The position numbers and the translations under genes are program-made. Below, in pieces: positions 48,750 through 61,246 of a stretch of DNA of 64,000 bases (position 1 is its first letter; every line of letters starts with the position of its first letter). Where the stretch lies: positions 6,944,001 to 7,008,000 of the forward strand of contig CM102289.1 in NCBI GenBank assembly GCA_046563655.1, written 5' to 3'. The notes below the pieces were generated by a model that worked only from the letters and a program-made list of their open reading frames with translations, ran no database searches and was not told the DNA's origin. The DNA is from Yuukianura sp. NJ FZ-2021 (taxonomy: Eukaryota).

Positions 48750-51237
48750 ATGAGCAGCTACGTCGGTATACAATTCGGCGTTGAAGGGTTGATAGAAGCC
48801 GACTCGTCGGGACTGCAGCCCCCATCTACTAGTTCGTCAAGTTCCAGTTCGCCAGAAAATATGGCCTCCATGAAGAGTTTTCCAGTGCATCATCCCGGTA
48901 AAGATCTTCGATTGCAAGCTGCATCAACCAAAAAACCTTCGTCTGCCTTTGTTCTCTCGCAATTCCAACAACAAATGTCACAAATGAAAGAGGCAATGGA
49001 TGCTGTCCAGAAGGAAATTCTGACAGATGCCCCTCCTCCACCTCCCCCGGCTCCCCGAGGACGTGGCAGACCTCCGAATCCGAAAAATCACCTAAACCAA
49101 TCCACTCCAACGTATCATTCGCAGATTGCAAAACGAAATGGTCTTGTAATCAAAATTAAGAAAGGGGTAGCGATGCCCATGGATGGAAAGAACGGAGGTC
49201 GCGGAAAAGGAGGAAAACGACGACGAAAACGCGTCGACGAAGATATTGTGTACTGCCGTGAAGAAGATTCGGAGGCCGAGGAAGACGCAGAACCCGTACT
49301 CAAGAAACGACACAGGGAAACGTATGCTAATGCCTTAAGTCCAGAGACAGATTCAAATGGCGGCGCTACATCTTCGTCATGGGGAGCTGATCTTCCGTTG
49401 GTGCTTTTAAAGAAGATTATGGGGTTGGTAGTGGGCATGGAAGGTGCTGTTCCATTTCTTGTTAGAGCCTCTCGTGTGTCACGACTTTGGAGAGAGGCCA
49501 CTTTGGACCCGAATCTTTGGACCCAAGTTGACCTCAGTACAAACAAGGTCAAGGACAAGTACCGGTCAGAGAGAAATCTTATCTACTTCCTTGAGAATAA
49601 GTTCAGTGAAGCACGGAGTCTTAATCTCGGTAAGTAAAAATGCATTGCAAACTTATAGTTAACTTGTAAAGTTTTTAACACAAACGTTTTCGTTAGGTGG
49701 TTGGTCATCAGCCGTGACTCCCGCTGCCATGGAAGTCCTTCTACGGGTCTGCCCCCATCTCACTTCCCTCAACCTGTCAACCTGCCATAAGCTAATTGCG
49801 CAGAACATCAGGTCTCTCCCAGAATCATGTCCTGAGCTGTCATCCCTTGACCTTTCCGCAGTTTCCGTAAGACTAAACATAACTTTCGTTTAAGTATTTC
49901 CTAACTCTGTTATTTCATTACAGCCTGTCTACAATACCAAAAATGCTGTTTCACCTTCAGGTAAGTTTTATAAACACCTTCAAACCCGAAAATTACTAAT
50001 CAAATTGGTTCAATATCTGTGGATTATGCTATTCTTAGGAATTGGCGATGCTATCCCAATATTTGCTCATCGCCTTATCCGCCTGTCCCTCGCGTCGAAC
50101 TGTATGGGGAATCTTCCTCAAGTACTCGCGACGCTGGCCGTAATATATTTCACACTCCAATTTGATCTCAATCTAAAGTGTTTCATGAGACCTAAAATTA
50201 CATCACTCATTTTTTAGGAACACTGTCGTAATTTGCAAGTACTGGACTTGTCAAACATTAATTCTCCAAGAAGAGATACCATTCTCATCCGAATGGAGCA
50301 ACTGCAAATGGGATGCCCGGCACTCACGGTTCTTCGACTTACCAATTCTGACATTGTGCTTGCAGAGGCATCGTTCAAAGACCAGGTACATAACCGATAG
50401 CTTACTGTTTGTTATGAGAAACTGATGAGTAAATTCCTGAGTAATTTTTGTTATTTGTATAGGCTGCGTCTCAAGGATTCGCGAAATTGGAAGAGTTGAG
50501 CATCGCAGTTGATCCAAAGAAGAGTCAGGTGAGTCCTGAATTCATGCTTTCAGAATGACACAGATGAATGCTTACACTAGGAAAATATTGATCAGTTTCA
50601 AACCTTACTCTGAGGCAATGGTGTAATGCGTTTTTTGACTATGCAAACAGGGAATGGATAACAATGATCTTGATAGAATTGTGAAAAATTCACATCGGCT
50701 TCGCTTGCTAGATGCCAGGGGTTGTGCCAGAATCAGCGATTCTGGACTTGTTCGGATTCCTGCGTGGGACTTGGAGCATCTTTATATCTCAGGTTAACAC
50801 AAATACTAATTTGAAATCGAGTTTTTTAAATTTTATTGTTAGAAAAACAAAGTTTTGTTCTGTTGTCAGGTTCTTTTGCAACTAAATCAAGCCCGGATGG
50901 ACTGGAATTAATATTTAGGAAGTGGGCACATAGTCTAAAGGAAGTTGACATCAGTTGGACTCCAAGTGAAGAAGGAATTGCTCTTGCTTTAAAGGCCTTA
51001 TCAGAAGGGGACCTTCCAAGTCCAATTCGATTCCTGGACTTGTCAGGGTCCTCCATTTCGTTCCAAAGTGTCCAGCTACTTCTACGTACCGCACCGTGCC
51101 TCCAAAGTCTTAACCTCACAAGTTGTAGAGCCCTTCCGAGGGGACTTAAGCGCAACTATGCTACTGAAGAAGAGGTGGAGTCCCTCAAACAACAAGTTTC
51201 CAAGGAAAGTTCAGGAGGAAGTCCCTACGGATCTTGA
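48750..51237 (+). CDS. FBXL6: F-box/LRR-repeat protein 6-like with N-terminal AT-hook
   Basis: F-box LPLVLLKKIM...GAVPFLVRASRVSRLW...LWTQVDLS followed by LRRs over several exons, ending LNLTSCRALPRGLKR. AT-hook RGRGRPP and basic NLS GKRRRKR. Confidence 0.82.
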
Positions 51238-53993
51238 TCAAAAACCAAATCCAGGAACAATGAAATAACATTTAATCATTATTAAGGAATAATAACTATG
51301 ACCGAATTTCAACTTTAACTTTTTCATGATTCTTCTCTTTTTTTTGGGTTAATTTTATTCAATGTGTGGCTAGAATTTTTATTCGCTCATTTTTTTACGT
51401 CATATATGAAACTCAAAGTACAGGAATCAACGTTCTTTAACTAAAAGTCTATTTTTTTACCATATTTTTTCAGTGACAGGAAGACAACACTTTCTCTAAA
51501 TTGGTTTCACCATTTGCCTTTGAATTTCTCAATGTTTTGGCATGGACTTTAGTTTTTTCATCCCCATTACCAAAAACGCATAGGTTCGTGACTGCGACTG
51601 CGCGCCCAATAATCCATGCTGCTTTTTCAAAGTCTTCTGCTGATGCAACGGGCATTTGGCTTCTAATGCTGAGAAGTGAAGGACGAAAGAACTCCTCTGT
51701 TCGAATTGGGAGAAAGCAAGCGGAGCCTGTAGTGAAAGTCGGCAAACTCATCTCAGTCTTTTAGCAGCGCAGCATCCCTCCTTTCTCTTCCTTCGGTATC
51801 GATTTCCAAAATAAGGTACGAATTAAGACAATGTACACATGAAACTCGTAAATTTGTTCAAAAATTTTGAAATTTCTTTGCTTTCACTTTTTCACATTTT
51901 ACTACTGTCATACAGGGATTTATCCACAAATTTTGAAACGTAATTTACCTAAAGCAAAATCCAATACAAAACTTGAAAACTTGGAATTTAAAAACAAGCT
52001 TATAACTTTTTTTCTTTAATTAACTAACCCCATTTAACTTTGTTTCCAATTTTTGAAGTTAACGTTTTCCTAAGAATTTGAAAGTCATCCTTTTCAATAT
52101 CATGGGCAAAATTCTTCAAAAAAGCAAAAAAAAAAAATAGTTTTTCCAATTTGTTTAATTTTATTTTTTTGGAGAATCAAAATTTGTTGTTTATTCAGGT
52201 TTCCAATTTGCGGCTAACAAAATATTTGTTTGTTACAAAAATGCAAGTTCTGGGAAACTTTCGTTCTTGAAAAACTCAAAACATTATACATTAGGCTTAC
52301 ATTGTAAATTGAAAATAATTAATACTAAATGCTAGTGTTAACTCATAGTCATAAGCTTTAGGTTAAACCTAACGTTTCCTTCCAGAAAGTTCCCCGACCC
52401 TCAATTAACCTCAGCCTACCCTGAGTTTCAAAAGCGATCGAACAAATGCCACGGAACAATTTTTTTTTCTGACACGCTATACTTTTTGTACCACGCAAAT
52501 TTCGGACATTGGTCGCCACTTTCACTTTGTACACAACGATTTCCAATTCAACAAAGCAGAATACCGTGCTGACTCGCTTTGCTATTGCATTCCAGTGGAA
52601 CTGATTGTCACTGTATATTGATTATTTCGTCCCTCCGTTTAAAAACTGATCTGACAGGGAAGGCTGAAACGGTAACGTTCATGGTTTCACTCTAAAAGCG
52701 TCTAGGAAAACACTATCCAACACAGTCAATATTGTATTCAAAAGGAAGCTTTTGTAGCTTTAGAACATGCATAACTTCCATTAGTAATACATCAGATAAA
52801 CCATCAATGTTCGTGTCAATTTGTCCAAAAAAATATACAAACACGCTACTACAATAGATTTTCAATCACATTCATTTTTATGAGGCTTTTACGCTGAATT
52901 CATACATACTGAATTTTCTTTCAAAATACAACAAAGTTTTTTGATTTCGACATTTCTAAATACACTCTAACAAGACAGGAGTATTAAGCTGGCTCCAGAG
53001 TTGCTGGTTTTCTCGTCATGAAGCGTCGATTCGGGATTGTATTTCGAATCTATAAAAATGCAATTGAGAACTTTTAGAGCTTGTAGAAGCGACGCTAAAA
53101 CCACTTTCATTTAGCAATCGCTCTTTTGCTCTAGATTTTGTGGTAAAGGTTTATGGACTAATTAACGTTTTTAGCATATAGCTAAACGAAGGACTTAATC
53201 TAAGCAAACGGAAACGGAATATATTATTTGCAGAGTTGAATATATTATTGGCATATTCAGCATTCAATACTTTTGTGACCAGCCAGTTTAGATTTAGCTC
53301 TAAAAGAAGCAACTGAAATATTACAATTTCACATTTACAGTGGCGTGTTTTCGAATTGCCTAAAATGAGGCCACAAAGAAATGTAAAGAGGAAGCCTATT
53401 AGTACCGAAGTGGGCGTTTTAGTTTTTATACAGGATTGAATCTTCTGTTGCTTTACAGAAAGTATCTGTGTTCAAATTTCTAAAACGTACGAAGTTTACA
53501 AATCTAAATAGTGAAAAAACGACTTTTTCTTGAAACTACCACAACATAGACGCTGTGCAGGTTGGCCGTTAAGAAAAGACGTCAAAGTAAGAAAAATGCC
53601 GCTTTGGAGATTAGATAAACTGTAAAGCCACGACAGTTCAATTTGTATGACATAAGACGTGTGCGACATAAGTAAACTAAAATTATCTTCTAACTATTAG
53701 GATAAGTACAAAATAGGCAAACGCAAACGGTGAATCATGCTGGTCTTAGGTAGAAAATTGTGCTAAACGATACGACTTTAGTTTATACTGTTTTTGGTAT
53801 TAGTTCGCTGTGAACGTCAAAGTTAAAGTTATGATGTACGGAGAATCCGAAGGCTACATAAAATTAGCATCATTCTAGAATATCCTCTTCACCTTGATTG
53901 TGATATCTTTTCTGTTTCTTCATTTCTGAACAGATTCCAAGGTTTAGTGAGGTGACTTACTGACACTTGCGTTTTCATCACTTCGGAAAAAGC

Positions 53994-56131
53994 ATGAACA
54001 AAGTTTTTTGGAAAAGAAAACTCAAAATTTTGTTTTACACGCTACTGGGAATTGCTACTTTTGGATCAATCGTGTCGTACCAAATTCTTTGGCAGTACGG
54101 AACAGAAGTACTGCGATGTAAGTTTTTCAGAAAGTTTCAAAAATTGTTCTTTCCTAACAGTTCCTCAATTTCAGAAAAAAAATCTAAAGGATGTTTTTTA
54201 ATATTATTATTTTTCCACTCGTTTTTAGTGGATTCACCTACAGCTTGCAACATTCCATTTATCGATCCACATTCAAAATCTGCCAAAATTTTGATCGAAG
54301 TCAGTGGAAAAATTGAAGGAAGTCCACCATGTATTGGAGCCGAAATCAAATTTAGAATTGAATATCAAAATTTCAGTTTAGTCAAAAATAATCCAGACTC
54401 CAACTATTGGAAAACCGTTACTTGTTGCTACACTGTTTTCAAAAAAGGGCCTGGACGTACTTTAATGTAAATTCAAAATTTGAATCCCATTTCTTTTCAA
54501 AAATTGATTTTGATTTTTTGTTTGATTTTTTAAGACATGGAGATGAATGTTTTCCGGTTCAGAATGAATATACTCCAATCCCTTTCGGACATTTCAATCT
54601 CGACGTCAAATGTCGTGATACTCAAACAAATCAGACTGTTTACCGAGACCAATTTCCGGTTTTTCGAATCGATCCAGAAATTGAATCTTCTGTAGATGAA
54701 ATCTACTCAAAAATCTCAAAATTTCAAAGTTCGACACAAGAATCTCCGTCTGAGAAGCCATTATCAGTACTAATCTTAGGTTTGGATTCCGTTTCACACC
54801 AGAATCTCGTCCGGTACATGCCGAAAAGTTACGATTTCCTTATGAATGATCTTTCAGCGCTTGAATTTTTTGGATTCAACAAAGTCGGAAGAGGAACAAT
54901 TGAAAATGTGATTGGAATGCTATCAGGTTGCAAAGTTTTGAACCCGCTTGACCCACCGTTTGTCGTTGAAGATCACTGTGAACTACTGTGGCAGTACTAT
55001 GCTGCCAAGGGATATCGAACTCTAAGTCTTGAAGATCACGGTTTCAATGAAGGCAGTTTGTATCCAAGTATACGAAGATCCCGTCCTGGAATCGGAACAC
55101 ATTATAACATGTCCGACTTTGCTTTTGCTATTCTCAAAATAGAAGAAACTGAACGCCAAAAAGGAATTGAAGATGGATTTGGTTGTTTTGAAAACCAATT
55201 TGTGATAGACGTTTTTGCTCAAGTGATTGTAGAAGTTGCAAAACAGTTTGCTGGAAAACCGTACCTGAACTTTGTCTGGCTCGCCAATACGGTACACAAA
55301 GTCATGTCCAATACCAAGTACATGGACGAACCGGTACACCGAATCTTATCGGAACTAAACCAGTTACAACTTTTGAACGACACAGTTTTAGTGGTAGTTG
55401 CTGATCATGGACCATGGCATGGAGCTTACATGGCAACTGAAGCCGGCGCACTGGAGCGACTCATGCCAGCATTCTTTGTTGCATTTCCAACATCATTCAA
55501 GACAAAGTACTCTCAAGCCTACCAAAATATGAAATTAAACACAAGAAGACTGACGACACAGTATGATCTGTTTCAAACACTGTTGGAGTTGTCTGATTTA
55601 CAACAAATCAAAAACGAAGTTTTGAAAGAGCGCAAGCGCAATCCCGACGTCAAACAAACACAGCTTGGCCAAAGTCTTTTCCTGCCAGTTCCACTAGACA
55701 GAACCTGTGAAACTGCCAATATTTCTCCAGAGTTCTGCATGTGCTGGAGTCGATCCAACATTTACAGCCCAGAGTCAACCGAAGAAGTTCAACAGGCTAC
55801 TGCTTATGCCCTGATTCATTTGAATTCTGAACTTCAACTTTTCCCGCTCTGTGCTCATCCTCTCACTTTAAAGGATATTAAAACGGCCAATTGGCTTGGT
55901 TCGAGATTTGATTTGTCTAGTGAGAGTGCCAAGAACAATGAGTTTCTAGAAGTGACTTTCAGTACTTACCCGGCAAATGCTGAATTTGTAGCTACGGTGA
56001 CCTTTTATCCTAAAATCAAACTGATAGGTCAAGTGATACGGAGTAACATTTATAAAGGACAGAGTGACTGTATTGCCAGTTGGGCAAATGCTTCTTATGC
56101 CAAAACAATGTGCTTGTGTTCTGAAAACTGA
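53994..56131 (+). CDS. DUF229 (alkaline-phosphatase/sulfatase-superfamily) type II membrane protein
   Basis: Exons 53994-54117, 54229-54466, 54535-56131. N-terminal TM; LILGLDSVS...R.MPKS, GFNKVG, VVVADHG, ERLMP, RLTTQYDL, GQSLF..VP.DRTC..A.I....C.C. Confidence 0.85.
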
Positions 56132-56536
56132 AAAAAGTATAAAGGTCAAAGGTCACAGAGTTAGCCCGGAAGTATCATCGGTACTGCAAAGTAATGGACA
56201 TCAAGAAATTAGTGACTGAAGCAACACAGCTTCGTTTTGAGCTTAGTTGGAACATTCAGTAGATTAGTTTCAAAATTTGTGAGAATTAATTTATTTTGTC
56301 AAAATGTTTGCACAAAATTCTGTCTTTTCTAATTCAGGAAATTCAATGCAACTTAAGCTTCAAACTTATTTCAAACACTTTTTTTTTTGGAAAAGATAAA
56401 GAAAATGTGTTAAGCTTCATCCCTATAAAAAAATTACTTCATGAACAACGTTATTTTTCTAAAAATAAATTCATATTTTGGCGGGAACTGCATTGGAAAC
56501 AAAGCAAATTATTTTTGCCAAGTATCGTCAAGTTTT

Positions 56537-58077
56537 TTAAATGTACAAATTTGCATTAACGTCGTTCAGCATCGGCAGGATTTTGAACTGTTCTTCAAAA
56601 TAAGATTCGCAGCCATCAACAGCATCTTGGCCAGCATCTTTGTACATTAGGAAAAGTCCTTGGACCATGGCCATGGAAACTTTTCTGTCAAGCGACTTGA
56701 CCTTGACCAAAAATTTCTGCTTGACCTCCTCCGTGGCTTCTGGATAAAACCGTGCAAAAAAGCGGCCCAACTGCTCTTCGTCCGGATAGTCCAACAAAAC
56801 TTTCATATCGACTCTGCCAGGTCGTGTCAAAGCTGGATCCAATTTTTCTGGATGATTGGTTGTCAAGAAGACGATTTTTCCGTCACATGACGCAACTCCG
56901 TCAAGGGCATTCAGTAGACCACGGAAAGTGACGGCTGATCCTGAACTGCCTGCTAAGACGAGATTAGTTTCTGCAGTAGATGCTGTGTAGTCTTGGCGGG
57001 ATTTGAAGGCACAATCAACATCTTCAATTAGAATCAGAGAATTGGCGGGAGTTGTGTTAAGGAGGCTCATTAGTCTGTCATCTGTGAGTCCTTTTGAAGA
57101 CAAAGCCAAAGAACAAATATCTTGTTCGAATTTTCCCGCGATTGCGCGAACCATACTTGTCTTTCCACATCCTGTAAAACCAATTCCTTTTTTAAAACAA
57201 AGCTCCAGCAAAAATTTTGGGAAATAAAGATTTAGAAAGCGTTTTGGTACCTGGAGGACCGTAGAGGAGATAGCCACGACGATGCGGAATGTATCTATCT
57301 TCGTACCATTTTCTAGAATCCAAAAACGACTGAATGTCTGTCACTATTTTTTCAACTTGACCTTTGCACAACAAAACAGAGTCAACGGTACGCTGCAATT
57401 TCGGTTTTCCCAATTCCGTCCACGATCCAATAGATTCACAAAATCCGAAAACTGTCGTTCTAGATTCCTTCCCGCCAGCAACGCCTGACTCCATTGCTTC
57501 TAGCAGAAGGCTTTTCAGAGCATCAGCATTCCACTTATATGTTGAAATTCGAATTGTCGCTGTAGACGTAGTCCTAAAGCGAGTGTCAGGGGTCATTGTT
57601 AACACGACGCGAAACATGTGCCCTTTGTACATAAAAAAAGAAGAGCCAGGACTCGGTTGACCACGAAACTTTTGCGACTTCTTGCCATAACTGCTTGTTT
57701 TGTTATAAAAGTAACCCCAGACATGGTACGACACTCGAAACAGGCCTTGACTTGGACGCTTAACGCCATCTTTGTTTTCGGAATTTTGGTGAAGCGGAAT
57801 GTCCAGATGCGACCCAAGCCAATTCTTTATGTTATGAAAGTTCCCACGGTATTCGTCGACAAACTGAACGGAAACCTAAAACCGAAATTTCAAAATTGAA
57901 GTGTAAAAATTAAACAGAAAGGAAATTTTTTATGAAACTTTTTTTTTTTTTTACCGTAAGAGCGTCCCAAATATGTTCCTTCAAAAAGTTCAACAGAAAA
58001 CAACCAATCAAAAGAATTACAGTTATTGCCAATGTTTCACTCCATAGGCTACCCAGTTCTTCCGTGGAGGGCCCCAT
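56537..58077 (-). CDS. BCS1-like AAA+ ATPase, copy 1
   Basis: Exons 58077-57955, 57875-~57251, ~57171-56537. N-terminal [27 protein letters not shown] (Walker A), LIEDVD (Walker B), [28 protein letters not shown]. Confidence 0.88.
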
Positions 58078-58682
58078 CTTGGATTTTGACTAAACTGAAA
58101 CTTCCAATTCCAAATAAATATCAATAAGCTTCATAAATTAAAAACCTACAAGTAAAAGTAAAAAATGAAGCTAAGAACTCCTGCCGGGACACACAAACTA
58201 CTTCTGAACCTTCCTTTGAATTTTAAAAACATTTTTATAACATCGCTTTTTTCTTTGTTGCTGCGGTAGGTAAAATGAAATACGACTCTTTTCCCTTCAT
58301 TGAACCGTGAAAGTCGCTATTTTTAAAAGTTAAAACAAAATAGCCTTTTGCATACTTTGTTGGATTAGGACTTAAGCGGATAGTATTTTTAAATATTTCT
58401 GCCGACCTAAGTTCATAGTGTTGAAAACAGAAACCTTTACCGCTTAAGCTTCCCTTCAACTGAAGTGGACTTGGACATTTGAACTCGAAGGCACCCGATT
58501 TTGTTATATTTAGAACAAAATGAATTCCGAAATATTTCCAAACTCAAACTTTTTGGACCGCTGTCTATGAAAGTTGGTTTTAATATTGTATTTCAATTTG
58601 TGTATTTTAATTTTGGCAGAAAGTTACAAGTACATGTAATTGATTAAAATCGGATTTTTAGCAGTTACACCAAAATTGAAAT

Positions 58683-58824
58683 TTAATTCCTGAATACCAC
58701 AAAATAGTTTTAAAATGCCGCCCCGAAGTAACCAGAAACTGAAATTGCCACTCGAGCAGCACTTCCAAAAGCCGCTTCCCTAGCATGTCTCATCGCATGC
58801 GTAATTAACGTCTGGTCATTGACT
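58683..58824 (-). pseudogene. Orphan 3' fragment of alkaline phosphatase carried by the duplication
   Basis: Matches 61247-61391 (VNDQT..HAMRHA...GPI tail and stop) with substitutions and a 3-bp deletion; no upstream ALP sequence. Confidence 0.85.
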
Positions 58825-59096
58825 TGGAACAATACAGCTTAAATTAATTCAAAATTAATTTGTGAGAGTTAATTTAATTTATTAAATGTTCAGCAAAAAA
58901 TCCTTGTTTTCTAATTCTAATTAATGTAACTTAAGCGTAATTTATTTCAAACTACTTTTATTTTGGGATAAAATACTTTATGCCATTACCAAAAATTAGT
59001 TCATGAACAGCGTTATTTAAAAAAAATCATATTTTGGCGGGCACTACATTGAAGATAGAACAAATTATGAATTTTGCCCGAGTATCGTAAAGTTTT

Positions 59097-60642
59097 TTAA
59101 ATGTACAAATTTGCATTAACGTCGTTCAGCTTCGGCAGGATTTTGAACTGTTCTTCAAAATAAGATTCGCAGCCATCAACAGCATCTTGGCCAGCATCTT
59201 TGTACATTAGGAAAAGTCCTTGGACCATGGCCATAGAAACTTTTCTGTCAAGGGACTTGACCTTGACCAAAAATTTCTGTTTGACCTCCTCCGTGGCTTC
59301 TGGATAAAAACGAGTAAAGAAACGTCCTAACTGCTCTTCGTCCGGGTAGTCCAACAAAACCTTCATATCAACTCTACCGGGTCGTGTCAAAGCTGGATCC
59401 AATTTTTCTGGATGATTCGTTGTCAAGAAAACGATTTTTCCGTCACATGACGCAACTCCATCTAGGGCATTCAGTAGACCACGGAAAGTGACGGCTGATC
59501 CTGAACTGCCTGCTAGGACGAGATTAGTTTCGGCAGTAGATGCTGTGTAGTCTTGGCGTGATTTGAAGGCACAATCAACATCTTCAATCAGAATTAGAGA
59601 ATTGGCGGGAGTTGTGTTAAGGCAGCCCATTAGAACATCATCCGTGAGTCCTTTTGAAGACAAAGCCAGGGAACAAATGTCTTGTTTGAATTCTCCCGCG
59701 ATTGCGCGAACCATACTTGTCTTCCCACATCCTATCAAAGATTCCAAATTTTTTTTAAAACAAGTATAAGCAAGCAAAAAAAAGTTGGTCTACAAAATTT
59801 TAAATACGTTTTCATACCTGGAGGACCGTAGAGAAGATAGCCTCGACGATGCGGAATGTATCTATCTTCGTACCATTTTCTAGAATTCAGAAACGATTGT
59901 ATGTCTGTAACTACTTTTTCCACTTGACCTTTGCCCAACAAAACAGAATCAACAGTACGCCGCAATTTTGGTTTTCCCAAATCCCTCCACCTTCCAAGAG
60001 AATCACATAATCCGAATACTGTCGTTCGAGATTCCTTCCCGCCAGCAACGCCTGAGTCCTTTGCTTCTAGCAGAAGGCTCTTCAGAGCATCAGCGTTCCA
60101 CTTAAACGTTGAAATTCGAAGTTTCGCTGTAGAGGTAGTCTGATAGCGAGTGTCAGGGGTCATTTTGAACATGACGCGAAACAAGTGCCCTTTGTGCATG
60201 AAGAATGTAGAGCCCGGACTCGGTTGACCTCGTAGTTTTTGAGACTTCGTGTCATAACTGCTTGTTTTGTTCAAAAAGGAACCCCAGACGTGGTACGACA
60301 CTCGAAACAGGTCTTGACTTGGACGCTCAACGCCATCTTCGTTTTCGGAATTTTTGTGAAACGGAATGTCGAGATGCGACCCGAGCCAATTCTTTGTGTT
60401 ATGAAAGTTCCCATTCCAGACGTCGACAAACTGGACGGAAACCTTAAGCCGAAATTTCAAAATTGAAGCATAAAAGAACTAAAAACAACGTTTTTTTTTT
60501 ATAAAACATTTTTTTTTACCGTAAGAGCGTCCCAAATATTTTCCTTAAAAAAGTTCAACAAAAAACAACCCATCAAAAAAATTGCAGTTACTGTCCATGT
60601 TTCACTCCATAAGCCAGCCAATTCTTCCGTGTGGGTCGCCAT
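59097..60642 (-). CDS. BCS1-like AAA+ ATPase, copy 2
   Basis: Same three-exon structure and motifs as copy 1; ATG at 60642. Confidence 0.88.
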
Positions 60643-61246
60643 CTTCCACTGTGTCTAAACTAAAATTTCAAATTCCAAAAAAATATCAAACAAAGTTTCT
60701 CAAATTCAGAAACTTCCAAACTAAGAAAAAGTAAAAATGCAACTATAGCTTCTGCGTGGACTCAAAAAGAAGGTTCCACTGAAGGTTCCTTTGAATTTCG
60801 AAGGCATTTTTATAACCGCTTTTTCTTTTGTTGTTGCGGTAGGTAATTCAAATACGACTCCTGTCGCTTTATTGAACCGTTCTATTTTAAAAATTTGTTC
60901 AAGCAGAAAAACCTTTTGTATGCTTTGTAGGATTAGGACTTAAGCGGACAGTATTTTTAGATATTTCTGCCGGCTTAAGTACATTATGTGGAAAGGATAT
61001 GTAAACCTCTACCGCTTAAGCTTTAACTGAAGTGGACTTACATTTAAAGGCATCCGATTTTGCTATCTGTAGAACAAAGTGAATGTCGAAATATTTCCAA
61101 GCTCAAACTTTTTAGGCTGTTGCTTATGAAAAGTGGTGTTATTAGTGTTCTAGTCTAATTTGTACATTTTATACATTTTGACAGAAAGTTGCAATTACAT
61201 GTAATTGATTAAAACTGGATATTAGCAATTACACCAAAATTGAAAT

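Noticed and set aside
51470..51810. GC-richer stretch with 87-93-aa ORFs on both strands
   Set aside because: No recognisable motif or consistent splice structure.
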